Positions 14,913 through 29,359 of a stretch of 64,000 nt of DNA are shown here, piece by piece (within the stretch, counting starts at the first letter, position 1; each line of letters starts with the position of its first letter). Both the position numbers and the translations under genes were made by a program. Origin of the DNA: the human T2T-CHM13v2.0 reference genome, Homo sapiens; the NCBI RefSeq assembly GCF_009914755.1, contig NC_060929.1; one strand, written 5' to 3'. The notes under the pieces were generated by a model that saw only the letters and a list, made by a program, of their open reading frames with translations, was not told the origin of the DNA and searched no databases.

Positions 14913-15407
14913 TGCTTGTCAAAGAAAAGGAGATTAACAGGGAAAAATGAATTTATTGTGTATATATAAATATATATATATGAGAAAATAACAAATGCTC
15001 CATGATGATAACTGATTAGAAGTTCATTGGAATATTTGTTTCAATTCCTTTTCTAGGAAGAAACCTAGAAACATGAGTTACATATAAATACACTTTCTAG
15101 AAATCCTGTGGAACTTTTTTTCCTGGACATTTAAAAGAGAAGATAGGATAGCTGGTAGGTTATATGTGCATAGCTTTGGCTGAGACTCTGAAATATATTT
15201 AAAATTTTAGAACATAATTATGAAAATGAAAACATTGTGTCTGCTGCTCGCATGATTCTGGCCAAGTGTGTGCGCCCGGAATTCTGTGCCTTTGCTTTTC
15301 ACACTGTTCAGCTCTGCATGCTGGCTGAAGAGAGGGCAGCCCTCACTTGTTCTCCCCAAGCAGATAAGAAATTTCTACTCTATGCCTGGAGCCAAGACTT
15401 ACGTGTG

Positions 15408-15705
15408 GGACTGGTGCTGTGGCTCACGCCTGCAATCCCAGCACTTTGGGAGGCCAAGGCAGATAGATCACCTGAAGTCAGGAGTTCAAGACCAGCCTGG
15501 GAAACATGGTGAAACCCCATCTCTACTAAAAATACAAAAATTAGCTGGGTATGGTGGCAGGCGCCTATAATCCCAGCTACTCAGGAGCCCAAGGCACAAG
15601 AATCACTTGAACCCAGGAGGCAGAGGTTGCAGTGAGGCAAAATCATGCCATTGCACTCCAGCCTGGGCAACAGAGCGCGACTCCATCTCAAAAAAAAAAA
15701 AAAAA
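15408..15705 (+). mobile_element. AluS (Sx/Sq-like)
   Basis: Full Alu with poly(A). TSD A(A/G)GACTTAC(G/A)TG on both sides. Confidence 0.96.
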
Positions 15706-17467
15706 GGACTTACATGCGAACACCCCAGACCAATCCTGGGGCCATAATCAGTTCTTCAGGAGAATGCAGAACAACCTCACCAAGCACTTGGTGGACCATG
15801 TGAGCTTTTCCACACTCAATAAATTGCTTTTGACCAAAGCCTTGAGCATCTGCTAGGTCATGTGTCTTGTCGCCATATAGCTGTTTCCTGCCCTCCACTG
15901 CTCCCTGCCCCTAGACCTGCTCCAATCACATCTGTTTTGGCTCCAGCCATTTCTTATTTCAGGAAGGAGGCTGGCACTTTGCTCTGTTGACTGTAATTAA
16001 AGACACTGCAGAGAGTATCCTGGGCTTTGGACACAGGCAAGAGCCCGGAGGACCTGCTGGGATCTGCTGCCACTGGGACTTCTCTCGGGAGGTGGCTCAG
16101 CACCTTCGCCCCAGTTTTGTTTATCTTAGCATCCTCCACACAGCTCCCAGCCTCGTTCCATGGAAGCGTGTCCTTTTCAGAAGACTTTCTGTGAAAAAAG
16201 AGCTGAGAGCGCTTTTGCTTTACAAAATATTTGACTGTGTTTACCTCCCATTATGCCAATTTAGATTCCTAATGGTGGTGCTGCTGGGCAGCTGTTTATC
16301 ATTTCTTACTCTTAACTAGCAAAATTTTAATGAGATCAATCAAGTCTAAGTCTGGCTTTTGCGTCATTATATTGATTGTCATACATAAGATAGTCATTTG
16401 TTGTTGTTGTTGAACAAACATTCATACATTCCTTTAACTGGTGCATTTTACATTAAGCAATGGTTTGTTCTCGTCTGGGCTGAATCACATTGTACCACTT
16501 GCCTCCACAATATTTTTTCTATTTATTGAAAACCCACTTGCTTTTGTCCTGAAATTGACTGGGTAATCCAGTAAGTGTGTTTATTCAATTTGTAAAGGTC
16601 TCTGCTAACATTTGACTTACATACACTAAGAGAACACGCTCACTTTCTCTTTCTCCCACCTGCTTTTATTGTTGCCTGGTTTACTGGCTTTTGTGTTTAC
16701 CGCTGTCATCCTCCAAGACTCCTGTCCTGGGTTTTAGTCATGCATTCCCTCCAGCACCCCTCCTCAGGAAAAATGACTACAGAAGTCTCATTGCAAAAAT
16801 CTTGTTTGTGGAATCTTTCTCTACGAGTAGATATTCAGGGCCCAGCACAAACTATATTGTTAGCCAGAGTTAGGTACAGTGCAGTATCATTCTACTAAAT
16901 CAGTATCCTCAGGAAAGAGGGAAGGAGATTATTAAATGTATACATTATCCACTTTTTTATAATTCTAACCCACGCACTAAAGGTTAGTTGAATAATAACT
17001 CCAAATGAGACAGAGATGCTAGCTTTTGAAATTATTTTCTGAGCTTGCCCTCCTGGGGATTAAATTTCAAAATATTTCTAAATCATCTTTTCCAATGCAA
17101 ACACAATTTCTTAGATTAATGCAATTAATGACTACACTGAAAAAGTATTTTGAATAGGCAATAATTGGCTTATGGTTTTGAAAAGCAAAAATGGAGAAAA
17201 GAAGTATGACTGATAACTTTTTGTCTTTGCTTAATAGAGCCAGTATTCATTCATTCCCCTTTGTTTATTCATTAGACCCTTGAAGCTACCTGCACTCATA
17301 CGCAGACGCATATTTCTAAACTAAATACTTCTGCACACTCGTTTTGCATTTAAATTGTTTTATTTAGTAAAATGAGAAAACACTAAATTATATGAAGAGA
17401 AATGAAGAGCCATTAATATCTGTTCTCAGCAATGGAATCTCAGGTTATTATTTTTCTTATGAGTAAC

Positions 17468-17978
17468 TGCATTAGTCAGGATTCTCCAAAGAAACAGAAC
17501 CAGGATGTATATCTAGATGTAGGTATATATTTATCTATCGATCTAGACGGATACACAGATACACATACATATCCTGGTTCTGTACAGTGTGTGTGTACAC
17601 ACATGTGTGTATGTATGAGAGAGAGAAATTAATTGATGTTAAGTAACTGGCTCATCTAATTATGGGGGCTGATAAATCCAAATTCTGCAAGGTGGGCATG
17701 CAGGCTGAAGGCTCAGGGAAGAATGACAGTTGAAGTCCAAAGGCCATCTACTGGCAGAATTGCCTCTTCTTCCTGGGAAGGTCAGCCTTTTTCCAATAAA
17801 ACCCGTCACTGATTGGATGAGGCCCACCCACATTATGGAGGCTAATCTACTTTCTTCAAAGTCTGGTGATTTAAATGTGGATCTCATATAGAAAATACCG
17901 TTACATCAATATGTAGACTGGACCAAATATCTGGGCGCCCCAGCCTAGCCAAGCTGACACATAAAATTAAACATCACA
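17468..17978 (-). mobile_element. MLT2 (ERVL) solo LTR, MLT2C/D-like
   Basis: TGCATTAGTCAGGATTCTCC...CTGATTGGATGAGGCCCACCCACATT...GACACATAAAATTAAACATCACA. TSD GTAAC/GGAAC. Confidence 0.88.
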
Positions 17979-18419
17979 GGAACCTAGCCAGTGGCTGCCA
18001 TCACTCAGTCATTTGTTATGAGCACTGGGCTTCTTTCTATGTGATTTCCTGAGGGTGCTTTTCCATGCCAGCCTCAAGGTGTGTTATCAGGCACGACTGT
18101 GGCATCTGCAGCCTCCTCCAGAACCCTGTGCTTGTTCATTTCAAAAAGTTTTCTGACTACAAGAACAGCCATGATTCAGATGCAAGAGTAGCAACATCTG
18201 CAAATGGAGTCTGATCTCAGAGGATGAGTGACCCGGACATTCCCAAAGCACCAATGGCACCTGCATCCCATCATCGCTGATGTTCCATGACAGTTTCCAG
18301 TACCCCAAAAAGAGTGACATCCCTGTGAGCTGCTGCTTAGGCTAACTATGAGCCCACTCGAAGCTCACACACCCTCACGTGCCTCCCTAGGGCCCTCCTT
18401 GCAGGACCGCCAGAGCCTA

Positions 18420-18548
18420 ATTCTTGGATCACCAGCTTCCTGCAGTAACAGTGCCAGCCTCCTCACCATCCTCCCTGCCTATTTTGTGGCCAGCAAGAGC
18501 GCAGCTGTCACCAGTGCATGTTGAGGAATGGATGAATTAATGAATGGA
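18420..18548 (+). mobile_element. L2 3' end fragment
   Basis: CAGCCTCCTCACC... and TGTTGAGGAATGGATGAATTAATGAATG tail. Confidence 0.45.
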
Positions 18549-20935
18549 CGCAAGTATTCTCTCATGAAAACAATGGAATTTGCCACTACCCCTTCTCTCA
18601 ACCCTTATAATGATTTTCTAGAAACTCCTTTAAGGACCCAAGTTCTACACTTCCCAAATTTTAATCAGACATTCTGTCTCACTCTTGCCATTTTCATGAA
18701 ATAGCAGAGACACCAAGCAGGCATCACAATTTATTAATAGCAGACAAAGGTGAGGTAAGAACAGAATTAAATAGACAATTACAACAACTGCCAAGTGTTT
18801 GGGGGAACTCAGTCATGGTGGTACTGACTCTGCATCCCCTCCCCCCACCGCACACCCCTCCTTTGCCCAGCTTTGCCCAGCTCTGTGCCCAGAGAGGTGA
18901 ATCCCTGCAACTGACTTATCAAGGAGGCTTTGCCCTCTGGCTTGAAACGCGTCAGCCACAGGAATCACTGACAGTCTGGGGCTAGGAAGAGGGGAGGGGA
19001 AAAGTCTTTCTTCTCCACTTTCTGCCAGCTTCAGCACTGCTGTTCCACCAGTGAACGTGTGTCCAGCCAAGATCACTGTCCCTGCCACCCTCTGGCACCG
19101 CGGTCCCTCCCGCAGCTCCAGCCATCACTGGAATAGAGCGATGGCCGGGAACGGCTCCTGTGCCTGCTCCTCTCTCGGGCCTCGGCAGCAGTTGCTGGTT
19201 CTCTCAACCCTGACTACACGCCTATAATCTGTTTACTAAGGGATATTGGCGGATACTGACTCCCTTATCTCCCCTTATATCTAAATGAACGCAAGATGTA
19301 AATATAACAATTTAGACCATCTAAGCGCTAAAATGAAGCCTAGGTAACTAGTAGGGGATCTGAGACATTGTGAAGGCTCTCAAGCCCTTGCACTAGTGCT
19401 GGAAACTGCAAAGGAAAACAAGAGAGCTATGTTTAAAAAGAATTCAGTTTCTCTGCTATAAAAATACCACATATGACAAATAGAACAAACAGCTCATAGC
19501 AGACACGTTTGTCTTTTAACTCAACCTCCAATTCTCATTCTCTCCCATTTGTTCCTGGCAGAACCGGGTTTTGTTCAGGAATTCATTTAGCCAGATGTTT
19601 CTGTGGTGATCACTCATGCTCAGCCCTGGGTCCGGATATTAATGGGTTTTCCCCCCAGGTGATCGGCTACCCCCACCAGTCATTTTTCTTTGATGTGGTC
19701 ATGGACCTGGCTGTGGGACTGTTGGGAAGTTGGCCCTCTCCTCACCCACCGTTAGGTTCCACCTTATCCCTTATCAAACCAATGGCTGTTCATTCATTCA
19801 TCGGCTCACTCATTTATTAGTTCAATGTGTACATAATTTAAATACAGTCAATAAAGGCTTCAGTATCTACATCCAAGACAATATCTATTTGTCACTGAGA
19901 GGCAGACTTGAGACAGAGGTTTTCTCTACCAATGGAGATCAATCCTTAAAATAAAGGCAGCCCAAATGAAAAACCTCAGTGAAAACCCCATCATCTCTCT
20001 TGATTGTAGTCATCTGGGCTAGAGGATGCTTGAAATTATTTAACAAGGTCAAAATATAAAGAAAAGAGAAAACAAAAACCAAGAGAAATGGGGATTCTGG
20101 GGGCTCCAGCATGTCTATTTAATATGATAAGAAAAAAGAAGAAAAAGAAGAGAACCATTTTCTATTATTCATTGGCATCCCTCAGGCAGCTGAATCAAAC
20201 CCTTGGCTTGGCTTCCTTTAGCAAGAGCAGATGTGTTAGCAGAAAACTTTCTGACCCACAAAAAGGGATGTGGTCACTTGACTGTCAAACAAGTGTTCAT
20301 TTACAGTCAGCACAAAAGTCTTTGGAATACTGCGCTTTTTCCATATTGGCAGAAATACACAATTCAGTCCATTGCAGATCACCCCTAGCTTTCAAGAAAT
20401 AGAAACAAACAAAACAAATCAAGGGTCCAAGTGCCTTGTCACTATCAGGTAATGTCAGCTCCTGTTCACCTCTGGCCCACAGGGAAATGACAGGTGCCAA
20501 CTGAGTGTCCCTTGGGCAAAACATGCAGGGCTACTAGATTCTCTTTCTTAGGTCTGGATTTCAACACCACCTGTACATGTGCCTCTCCCTGACTTCCTTC
20601 AGGTCTGCTTCTGACGGTAGGTCCTCCCCACCCCTTCACTGCTACCTGCTCTTCCTTCTGGTCACTGCCATCCCTGATTTACTCAAACTCCTGTTAAGAG
20701 TACAGGCTCTGGAGCCAGACCCTATGAGGCTAAGACTATTATTATTCTCAAACAGAAGAGGAAATTGAGGCATGGAGATGTTGTGTAACTCTTGGACAGT
20801 CATGCATGTTTTTACTGCATTTGTAAGAAATTAATACAGGCCTTTCTGCTGCCAGTTTTCAATTATTAAGTTCCATTCAGACCACATCTCTCCCGCTCCA
20901 TCAGAAAAAAAAAAATCTTCATTTTCCTGTAATGC

Positions 20936-21381
20936 TGAATTGGTTCTGTAAGGCTGCCATAATAAAATACCACAAAACTGGTGACTTATAACATCAGAAA
21001 TACTTTCTCCTGCAGTTCTGAAAGCTAGAAGCCCAAAATCAAGATGTTTGCAGGGCTACACTTCCTACCCAAGGCTCTTGGGGAGAATTTGCCCCATGCC
21101 TCTCCCATCTGCTGGGGTCTCCAGCAATCCGTGCATTCCCTGGCTTGTGACCGCATCCTTCCAATCTCTGTCTCTGTCTTCACATAGCTTTCTCTGCCTC
21201 TTTGTGTGTCCTCTCCTGTTCTTGTAAGTCATTGGATTTAGGGCCCACCCTAAACCTAGGATACTTTTAGTTAGAGATCCATAACTCATTTACATCTGCA
21301 AAGACCCTAATTCCAAATACGGTCACATTCTGAGGCTCTGGGCAGATATACATTTGAGGTGGACACTATTCAACCCATTAT
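20936..21381 (-). mobile_element. MLT1C LTR
   Basis: GGCTGCCATAATAAAATACCACAAA, GTCATTGGATTTAGGGCCCACCCTAA, ACATCTGCAAAGACCC, GGTCACATTCTGAGG. Confidence 0.9.
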
Positions 21382-21763
21382 GTATAATTGCAGCTGAAAG
21401 AGCGATTTCACATTCACTCTATTTGCCCCATCACACCTGACTCTGTTGCAGAGATGTGCCACTTTCCTGAACTCATGCTGACTTTTTTGGGGGGCCCCTT
21501 CTCCAACCCACTTTCACAACCACTTGTACAGTTGTCTATTCCCACCAATCAGACCAAGCACACTGGCAGTCCCCCAGAGGGACTATGTGGTCTTCTTTAC
21601 CTTGTAGACTTGTGTGGTCCAATTACATACTGAGTTGTATCCTATACAAATATTTGTGCAGCTCAATATAATTTACAGTATTCTCCCTTGGGTTAAGAAT
21701 CAAACTCTGGGTATTGAATACAGTAGAGAATGAAATGAGTATACGGAGGTCCATCATTTTTTC

Positions 21764-21828
21764 TGTCTATCTATCTACACATCTATCTATCTATCTATCT
21801 ATCATCTATCTACCTACCTACCTACCTA
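21764..21828. repeat. (TCTA)n/(CCTA)n microsatellite
   Basis: Direct reading. Confidence 0.9.
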
Positions 21829-21909
21829 TTCATATCTGCATATATCTATGCATTTAGACTATATATTACTTATCTTTCTACGCAAGGAATGGAAACATTA
21901 TCGGAAAAA

Positions 21910-21995
21910 TGTAAACTTCATGAGAGCAGGGATTTCTGTTTCTAACAGTGCCTGGAATAGAGCAGTTGCTTAGTAAATATTGCTGAATGAATATT
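21910..21995 (+). mobile_element. L2 3' terminal fragment
   Basis: TGTAAACTTCATGAGAGCAGGGA...AACAGTGCCTGG...TAAATATTGCTGAATGAAT. Confidence 0.7.
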
Positions 21996-22062
21996 AATGA
22001 GTATGATATCTCAGACTTGTACATATTCTAAACCTTTCTTTGGTAACTACTCTCTCCAAACC

Positions 22063-22067
22063 ACACA

Positions 22068-22105
<38 letters not shown>

Positions 22106-22115
22106 CTCACACACA
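22063..22115. repeat. (CA)n microsatellite
   Basis: Direct reading. Confidence 0.95.
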
Positions 22116-22639
22116 AATTAAATGTCTAATGAAATTCAGATAAAAAATACCCCAAATATATAGATGAAAGCCATAATGGTGTATAGAAGTTAATCAGTTC
22201 TCTTGGAATTTTTTAAAAACACCTTTAGGTGAAACAGATAAAGCTTGGAGTGGTTGTTTATTAGTTTAAGAAATTATTCTAAAAGAAAGAAATACATCCA
22301 AGAATATCATTTGGAGGAATTCCTTTGAAAGTGGATTGACATCAGACAACATTATTTCATTTCATGGGAACTAGACTGAAGAGAAGTAAATAAACCCATT
22401 CTGTTTATTTTATTTTCGATATTCAAGTTGAGAATGATATGTGGCTTTGATTAACAATAAGCAATTAAAATCCAAGAGTCAGGACAGAACTAAATAAGAC
22501 ATTATTTTAAAAGCTACCAACCCTACTAATATGTAAGGTGCCTGAAAAATACATGAAGATTACATGGCCAGAGCTGCCAGTTTTTCAAATGATGATTCCC
22601 ACTTTTGGAGGAATCTATTTACTGTGGGTTACGAATTTT

Positions 22640-22926
22640 GGATACTAATATCTGAAGATGCTCAAGTCCCTGATATGAAATGGCATGGTGTGTACAGCAT
22701 ATATTCTATGCATACCCTCCCACATGCTTTAAATAATCTCCAGATTATTTCTAATACTTAATACAATATAAATGTTATGTGCATAGTTTTATACTATATT
22801 GTTTAGAGAATAAGGATCAGAAAAAGTCTACATGTTCAACAAAAACACAATTTTTTTCAAGTATTTTTGATCCATGGTTGGCTGAGTTCATGGCTGCGGA
22901 ACCCATGGATATAGAGGGGTGGACTG
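22640..22926 (+). mobile_element. MER2 (TcMar-Tigger MITE), 5'-truncated
   Basis: GATGCTCAAGTCCCTGATAT...GCGGAACCCATGGATATAGAGGG...GACTG followed by TA. Confidence 0.88.
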
Positions 22927-22930
22927 TATA

Positions 22931-23760
22931 GACTTGGAAACTGAAATTGGACAGCCTTGCCGATGAATTGGAGGTGGAGTGTAAGAAAAGGAGAGCCAGG
23001 GAGTGCTCCAGAGTTCTTGGCCAAGCTTCCAGCCACCGTGGAGGTGGCAAACACTGAGTGGAGAAGATGGAGGGAGGAGCAGATTTGGAGTGGAGGTGGG
23101 GAGGTGGGGGACAGCCACCCATGGAGGTGGCAACAACTGAGTGGAGAAGATGAAGGGAGGAGCAGATTTGGAGTGGAGGTGGGGGACCGTCACCGGTGGA
23201 GGTGGCAACCACTGAGTGGAGAAGATGGAGGGAGGAGCAGAATTGGAGTGGAGGTGGGGGACCGCCACCTGTGGAGGTGGCAACCACTGAGTGGAGAAGA
23301 TGGAGGGAGGAGCAGATTTGGAGTGGAGGTGGGGGACAGCCACCCATGGAGGTGGCATCCACTGAGTGGAGAAGATGGAGGGAGGAGCAGATTTGGAATG
23401 GAGGTGGGGGACAGCCACCCATGGAGGTGGCATCCACTGAGTGGAGAAGATGGAGGGAGGAGCAGATTTGGAGTGGAGGTGGGGGACTTTTTGGACACGT
23501 CACATTAACACATCTTTCAGGTGTGGAAATGAAGATGGAAGTGAACAGTCACATTTGCACATCTGGTTCAGGGAGAAGATGGGGCTGGAGGATTAATTTG
23601 GGGAGTTGCCAGCATATAATGGTGTTTAAAAGTGAAGGTACCAGGTGAGAGTGCCCAGGAGAGGATAGAGGGAGAAATAGCTGGAGGAGGGAGCCCTGGG
23701 GCTGAGAAGAGGAGGGAAGCCAGCAAAGGAGACTGAAGGCAAGCTTATGCTGGAAGACTT
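22931..23760 (-). mobile_element. L2 fragment containing a VNTR expansion
   Basis: Purine-rich antisense L2 text on both sides of the VNTR (GATGAATTGGAGGTGG..., TTTTGGACACGT..., GGGCTGGAG...AATTTGGGGAGT, CCAGCAAAGGAGACTGA). Confidence 0.75.
23031..23487. repeat. 75-bp unit minisatellite (VNTR), about 6 copies
   Basis: GTGGAGAAGA recurs at 23058, 23141, 23216, 23291, 23366, 23441 (75-bp period; first interval 83 bp because of an extra GAGGTGGG). Confidence 0.97.
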
Positions 23761-23831
23761 GAAGTCTCACAAGAGAAGAGGGAGGATTCTGCTGCAGGAG
23801 GGGAGAAAGAAATGAAGACACAGTAAAGTAA

Positions 23832-24185
<354 letters not shown>

Positions 24186-24949
24186 TGAGACAGAGCAGAG
24201 CTTAGTTTCTGGCTGTTGTGAATGAGCCAGCACAGAGGAAGGCACTGATGCAGAGGACAGAAAGGATCTTGTGAGAGCGACCTTCAGCAGGTAGAACTTA
24301 GTACAAATGGAAACACAGTGGAGATAAAACAGGTACTTAAGTCCACAGGCTGACAGCGGGTACAAAGATAGAGAGGCCTGTTAAAAAGACCAATGGATTA
24401 AAAAGAATACACTGGTGGCAGAGGAGAGCGATAAACTACTAAAATTGTGAAAATGTACTACCCATAAGTATCCACAACTTTCCTCAGGAAAAACTGAGTA
24501 TTTCTCCAGAAAGTATTTGTCCTGCATAATTGTTTTTTAAGTACAAAGCAAAACAAGCCTTTTGCTTCCTTGAATAAGGAATTATTGCCTACATACTGCT
24601 AGCCAAGAACATGCAGCCAATAGTTTCCAAATGTGTGATCCACGCAACATGAAGTTGTCACAAAATGAGCACATTTCATGACTGGGCGGCCCTAGGGTCC
24701 CTTCCCTGTTGTGATGTACAGGGAAGTTCTGTTTTTGGAAGGCTGGTGATTTGGTGCAGAACTACTGGCCACTTTTGTGTTAACAACATTTTTATCAGTT
24801 GTTTACCTCATTTTCTTTTTGTTTGTTTCAGGAAGATATTATTTGTCTAGGAGCAATATAATTACATCTGCCCTAAAAAGGTTTTCTCAAATTTTTATTT
24901 CTCCTAGAACTAAAAATTTTCTCTTCTGGCTGAAAAAAATATATGCTCT

Positions 24950-25345
<396 letters not shown>

Positions 25346-26014
25346 ACAAGCACCTGATATAGTGCAAAAAATATAGGAGTTATGGAATAAGGAAAATCTT
25401 TCTTTCTTAAAATAGCTGCCCAAGCTGAAGAAAGGCTGAGCATGGCTTGTGTTGTTCTTACCAGGTATTCCAGAATTATTTCCAAAACCATCCATGCAAT
25501 GTTTTTCAATATAGTTCTTTCCCTTGTTCATGTCTTGTAACTTCAGATGAATCAGAGTACCAAGGTTCGAATGATCATCAGACCTTTCACATCACACATC
25601 ACATATCTGCATATTTTGCATCTGATGACACATTAGGTTTTTCATTAGGTTCCTCAGAAACTTGACTGTCTTTGTTTTAGGTTTTCAACAACACACCTTA
25701 CTTTCTTTCAACCTTTAGGCCTTTAAGTCCTATTGAAAATATACCAAGGGGCAATGTGAATTTCAGACAGTGCTATCTGTTTTGTTTTGGTGACATTTAC
25801 CTCTTCAGCCAGAAGGAATTCTAAGCCCATGGGATAACTCAGTAACCAACATTGGTAGTATACAGGACGAAAAGCCTGTTTCTGTGACTGAAAACTGGGG
25901 AAGGTAAAGACAGTGTTGCAGAGAGTGGCCGTCAGGAACCTGGGACCTAGAAACCCTAAACATGAAACTGAAGCCCCACTTCTTCCATTGACCTGCTTGA
26001 TCTGTCATGTTTCA

Positions 26015-26790
<776 letters not shown>

Positions 26791-27414
26791 CCTATGCTGA
26801 GTCTCTGCTCCTCACCTGTGAGGCAAGGAGGTGGCAATGCCCTTCTACAGTAATAAAATTAGACTGCAGAAAAGACACTGAAACACAGACACTGGCATGT
26901 ATAACTTCATCAATAGGCAGCTGCTGTCAATGCTGTTGCCATACATTTCCTTCAGAAAGAAGGCAGTATCATTTCTATGATGTAGAACAGGTTTGGAGAA
27001 AGCTGGGTGGAGCAAGGGAGCATATGATTCATGTAAGCTACATCCTGACCACATTTCAGGTTCTTTTCTGCTTTTTCTGCCGCTCAACTTTTTAAAGGAA
27101 CAGCAAGGTGAATCCCCAAGGAACTAAAACAAAGAAGGGAAAATGGGAGGAAGAAGTCTGCAGGCAGAGGAGGTGGTGTGTTAAAGGCCAGAGTAGGAGG
27201 ACGCACAATGGCTTTTGAACTTCAAGTCTTTCCAGAGTAGTTGCAAAAGCAGCTTGGGGAGCAGGGAAAGGTGAGCTAGCAGGAAAGACAAGACTGAGGT
27301 CAGGGCACACCCTGGGTGACCTGGCATCCATGAAGTTGGACTTTTATAAGATAAACAATGGAAATCCATTGCATGATTTTAAGCAGGATTTGTTGTGAAA
27401 ACCTTCATCTTCTA

Positions 27415-28260
27415 AAAAATCAATCAATACCATTAGAAATAAAATAGGAAAGATCACTATAGATCCTCCAGTCATTAAAAACATAACAAGGAATACTGTG
27501 AACAACTTTACACCATAGATTCAACAAGTTAGATGGAACGGACTGTTGGGATTTTTGTGGTTACAATTTCTTCCTAATTTGATCTTAAGTTCCCTCTGTT
27601 CAGAGCAGCCATAATCCAGAGAGCCACACTCCAGAAGAGACCTGAACAGGGAAAATTATGTTTCAGTGTGTGCTTCAGGTGAGACATATGAGGAAGTGAA
27701 ACCAAAATGCATAACACAGAAGAAGATATTTACTCACAGGACCCAGAGAGGTTAGCAGTGCCAAAGGGAGGCTGATGGAAAGTCCACAGGGAGCGGAAGC
27801 TTAACCAGTGGGTGGGAGCAAGAGAGAAAGAGAGGAACGGCGGGACCAGGCCTTTGTCAAAGTCTATGGGTGTCACTCCTTAGGCTTTCTGGAGGAGGTC
27901 GTGAGTGGCTTCTTTAAAGAAAGCACATGCGAAGAGAAAACTTACTTGCATGACTTCGGGGTTGACCATTAGGTTTAACCATACTCAGCAGCTGTGGGGT
28001 TTGGGGGCCAGCGGGATGACGAACACACAAGCTACATCACAAACAACCACATGGAGAGGGGAGACCTTAACCAGGGCAAAGGTCTCAGGGTACAACTTGC
28101 TTTCAAAACCTCTTAAGTCAGGCCTAAAAATGGAGTTTGAGGCAGCGACTGTACTAAACTAATTTATAATTAATAATTCCTAAAATAATTCCTAAATGAT
28201 AATTCCTAAAATAATAATTCCTAAAAACCACAAACTACTAAAATTCAAACAAGGGAAAAT
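27415..28260 (+). mobile_element. Old L1 ORF2 fragment split by a MER74-like LTR
   Basis: ...TTAGATGGAACGGAC | AATTCCTAAAAACCACAAACTACTAAAA is contiguous L1 ORF2 text across the LTR. Confidence 0.65.
27544..28170 (-). mobile_element. MER74-like ERVL solo LTR
   Basis: Minus strand reads ...CAGTCGCTGCCTCAAACTCCATTTTTAGGCCTGACTTAAG..., AAACCTAATGGTCAAC, CCCACAGCTGCTGA, as recalled for MER74A. Confidence 0.72.
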
Positions 28261-28614
28261 GCTCCAAACTTCCACCAAATGCTAGAGCCTTTTTCTTCTC
28301 TGCATTCACCTGGTGAATGCGGAAGACAGAGGGTGGAGATGGGCACACTCTCCTTTAGTAGCTTGAACTCAGTATTTCACACATCACTTTGTCTCACACC
28401 ACATTGGTGAGAACCAGTCATATGGTCCCATTTAGATGCAAAAGCTGAAAAAATATCATCCTAGTTATATACCTAAAAAGACGAAATCATGGATACATGT
28501 GAGGGCACAGAAAAAGCTGTGAGGACTGCCTCCTCTAATGTTTGAGATTTACATTCATACTAACCCACATCACTGTCAATGGCATCATCATCATTATCAT
28601 CATCATCATCATCA

Positions 28615-29150
28615 TTTGTTAACATTTATTGATCATCACTACAGCAAGGCACTGTTCTTTTTCTTTCTTTCTTTCTTTTTTTTCGACAGAGTCTTGCTGT
28701 CACCCAGGCTGGAGTGCAATGGTGCAATCTCAGCTCACTGCAAACTCCCCATACTAGGTTCAAGTAATTCTCCTGCCTCAGCCTCCTAAGTAGGTGAGAT
28801 TACAGGCATGTGCCACCACACCCAGCTAATTTTTGTATTTTTAGTAGAGACGAGGTTTCACCATGTTGGCCAGACTTGTCTCCAACTCCTGACCTCAGGT
28901 GATCCACCTGCCTCGGTCTCCCAAAGTGCTCGGATTAAAGGTGTGAGCCTCCGTGCCCAGCCTGGGAAGCCACTGTTCTAAGCATTAAAGAACTATTAAT
29001 CCATTTAAACCTCACAGTAGTCTTATGAGGTAGATGCCATTTTAATTTCACTTTCCAAATGAGGAAACTCAGACACAGAGGGACTGAGATATTTGCTGGG
29101 AATCACATAGCCAGGAAGCAATGAAGCTGGAGGATGAGGCCAGACAGAGC
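28615..29150 (-). mobile_element. MIR interrupted by an Alu, preceded by (CAT)n
   Basis: AACATTTATTGA...AGGCACTGTTCTAAGCA...CAAATGAGGAAACTCAGACACAGAG. Confidence 0.8.
28656..28963 (-). mobile_element. AluS (Sx-like)
   Basis: Full Alu. TSD AAG(G/C)CACTGTTCT. Confidence 0.96.
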
Positions 29151-29312
29151 TCATACAGTGTCATCCCAGAGACATTTTTGGTTCTTCCATAGCCCATCTC
29201 TGAAACTCTCAATAATATACCTCAATTTCTTGTTCATAAGCTGTCATCAGGAAGCAGCACCTATGTTAACTTAAGAAGATGGAAAAAAAAGCCATGATAT
29301 CTATATCTATCT

Positions 29313-29314
<2 letters not shown>

Positions 29315-29359
<45 letters not shown>
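29315..29359. repeat. (GATA)n microsatellite
   Basis: Direct reading. Confidence 0.95.

Noticed and set aside
23031-23487. CRISPR-like appearance (repeats with palindromes)
   Set aside because: Head-to-tail units with no unique spacers, primate genomic context and no cas genes.
22817-23648. Longest ORFs in the window (228, 183, 181, 150, 102 aa) with repeated peptides
   Set aside because: They are overlapping translations of the 75-bp VNTR on both strands, with flanks in L2 and MER2.
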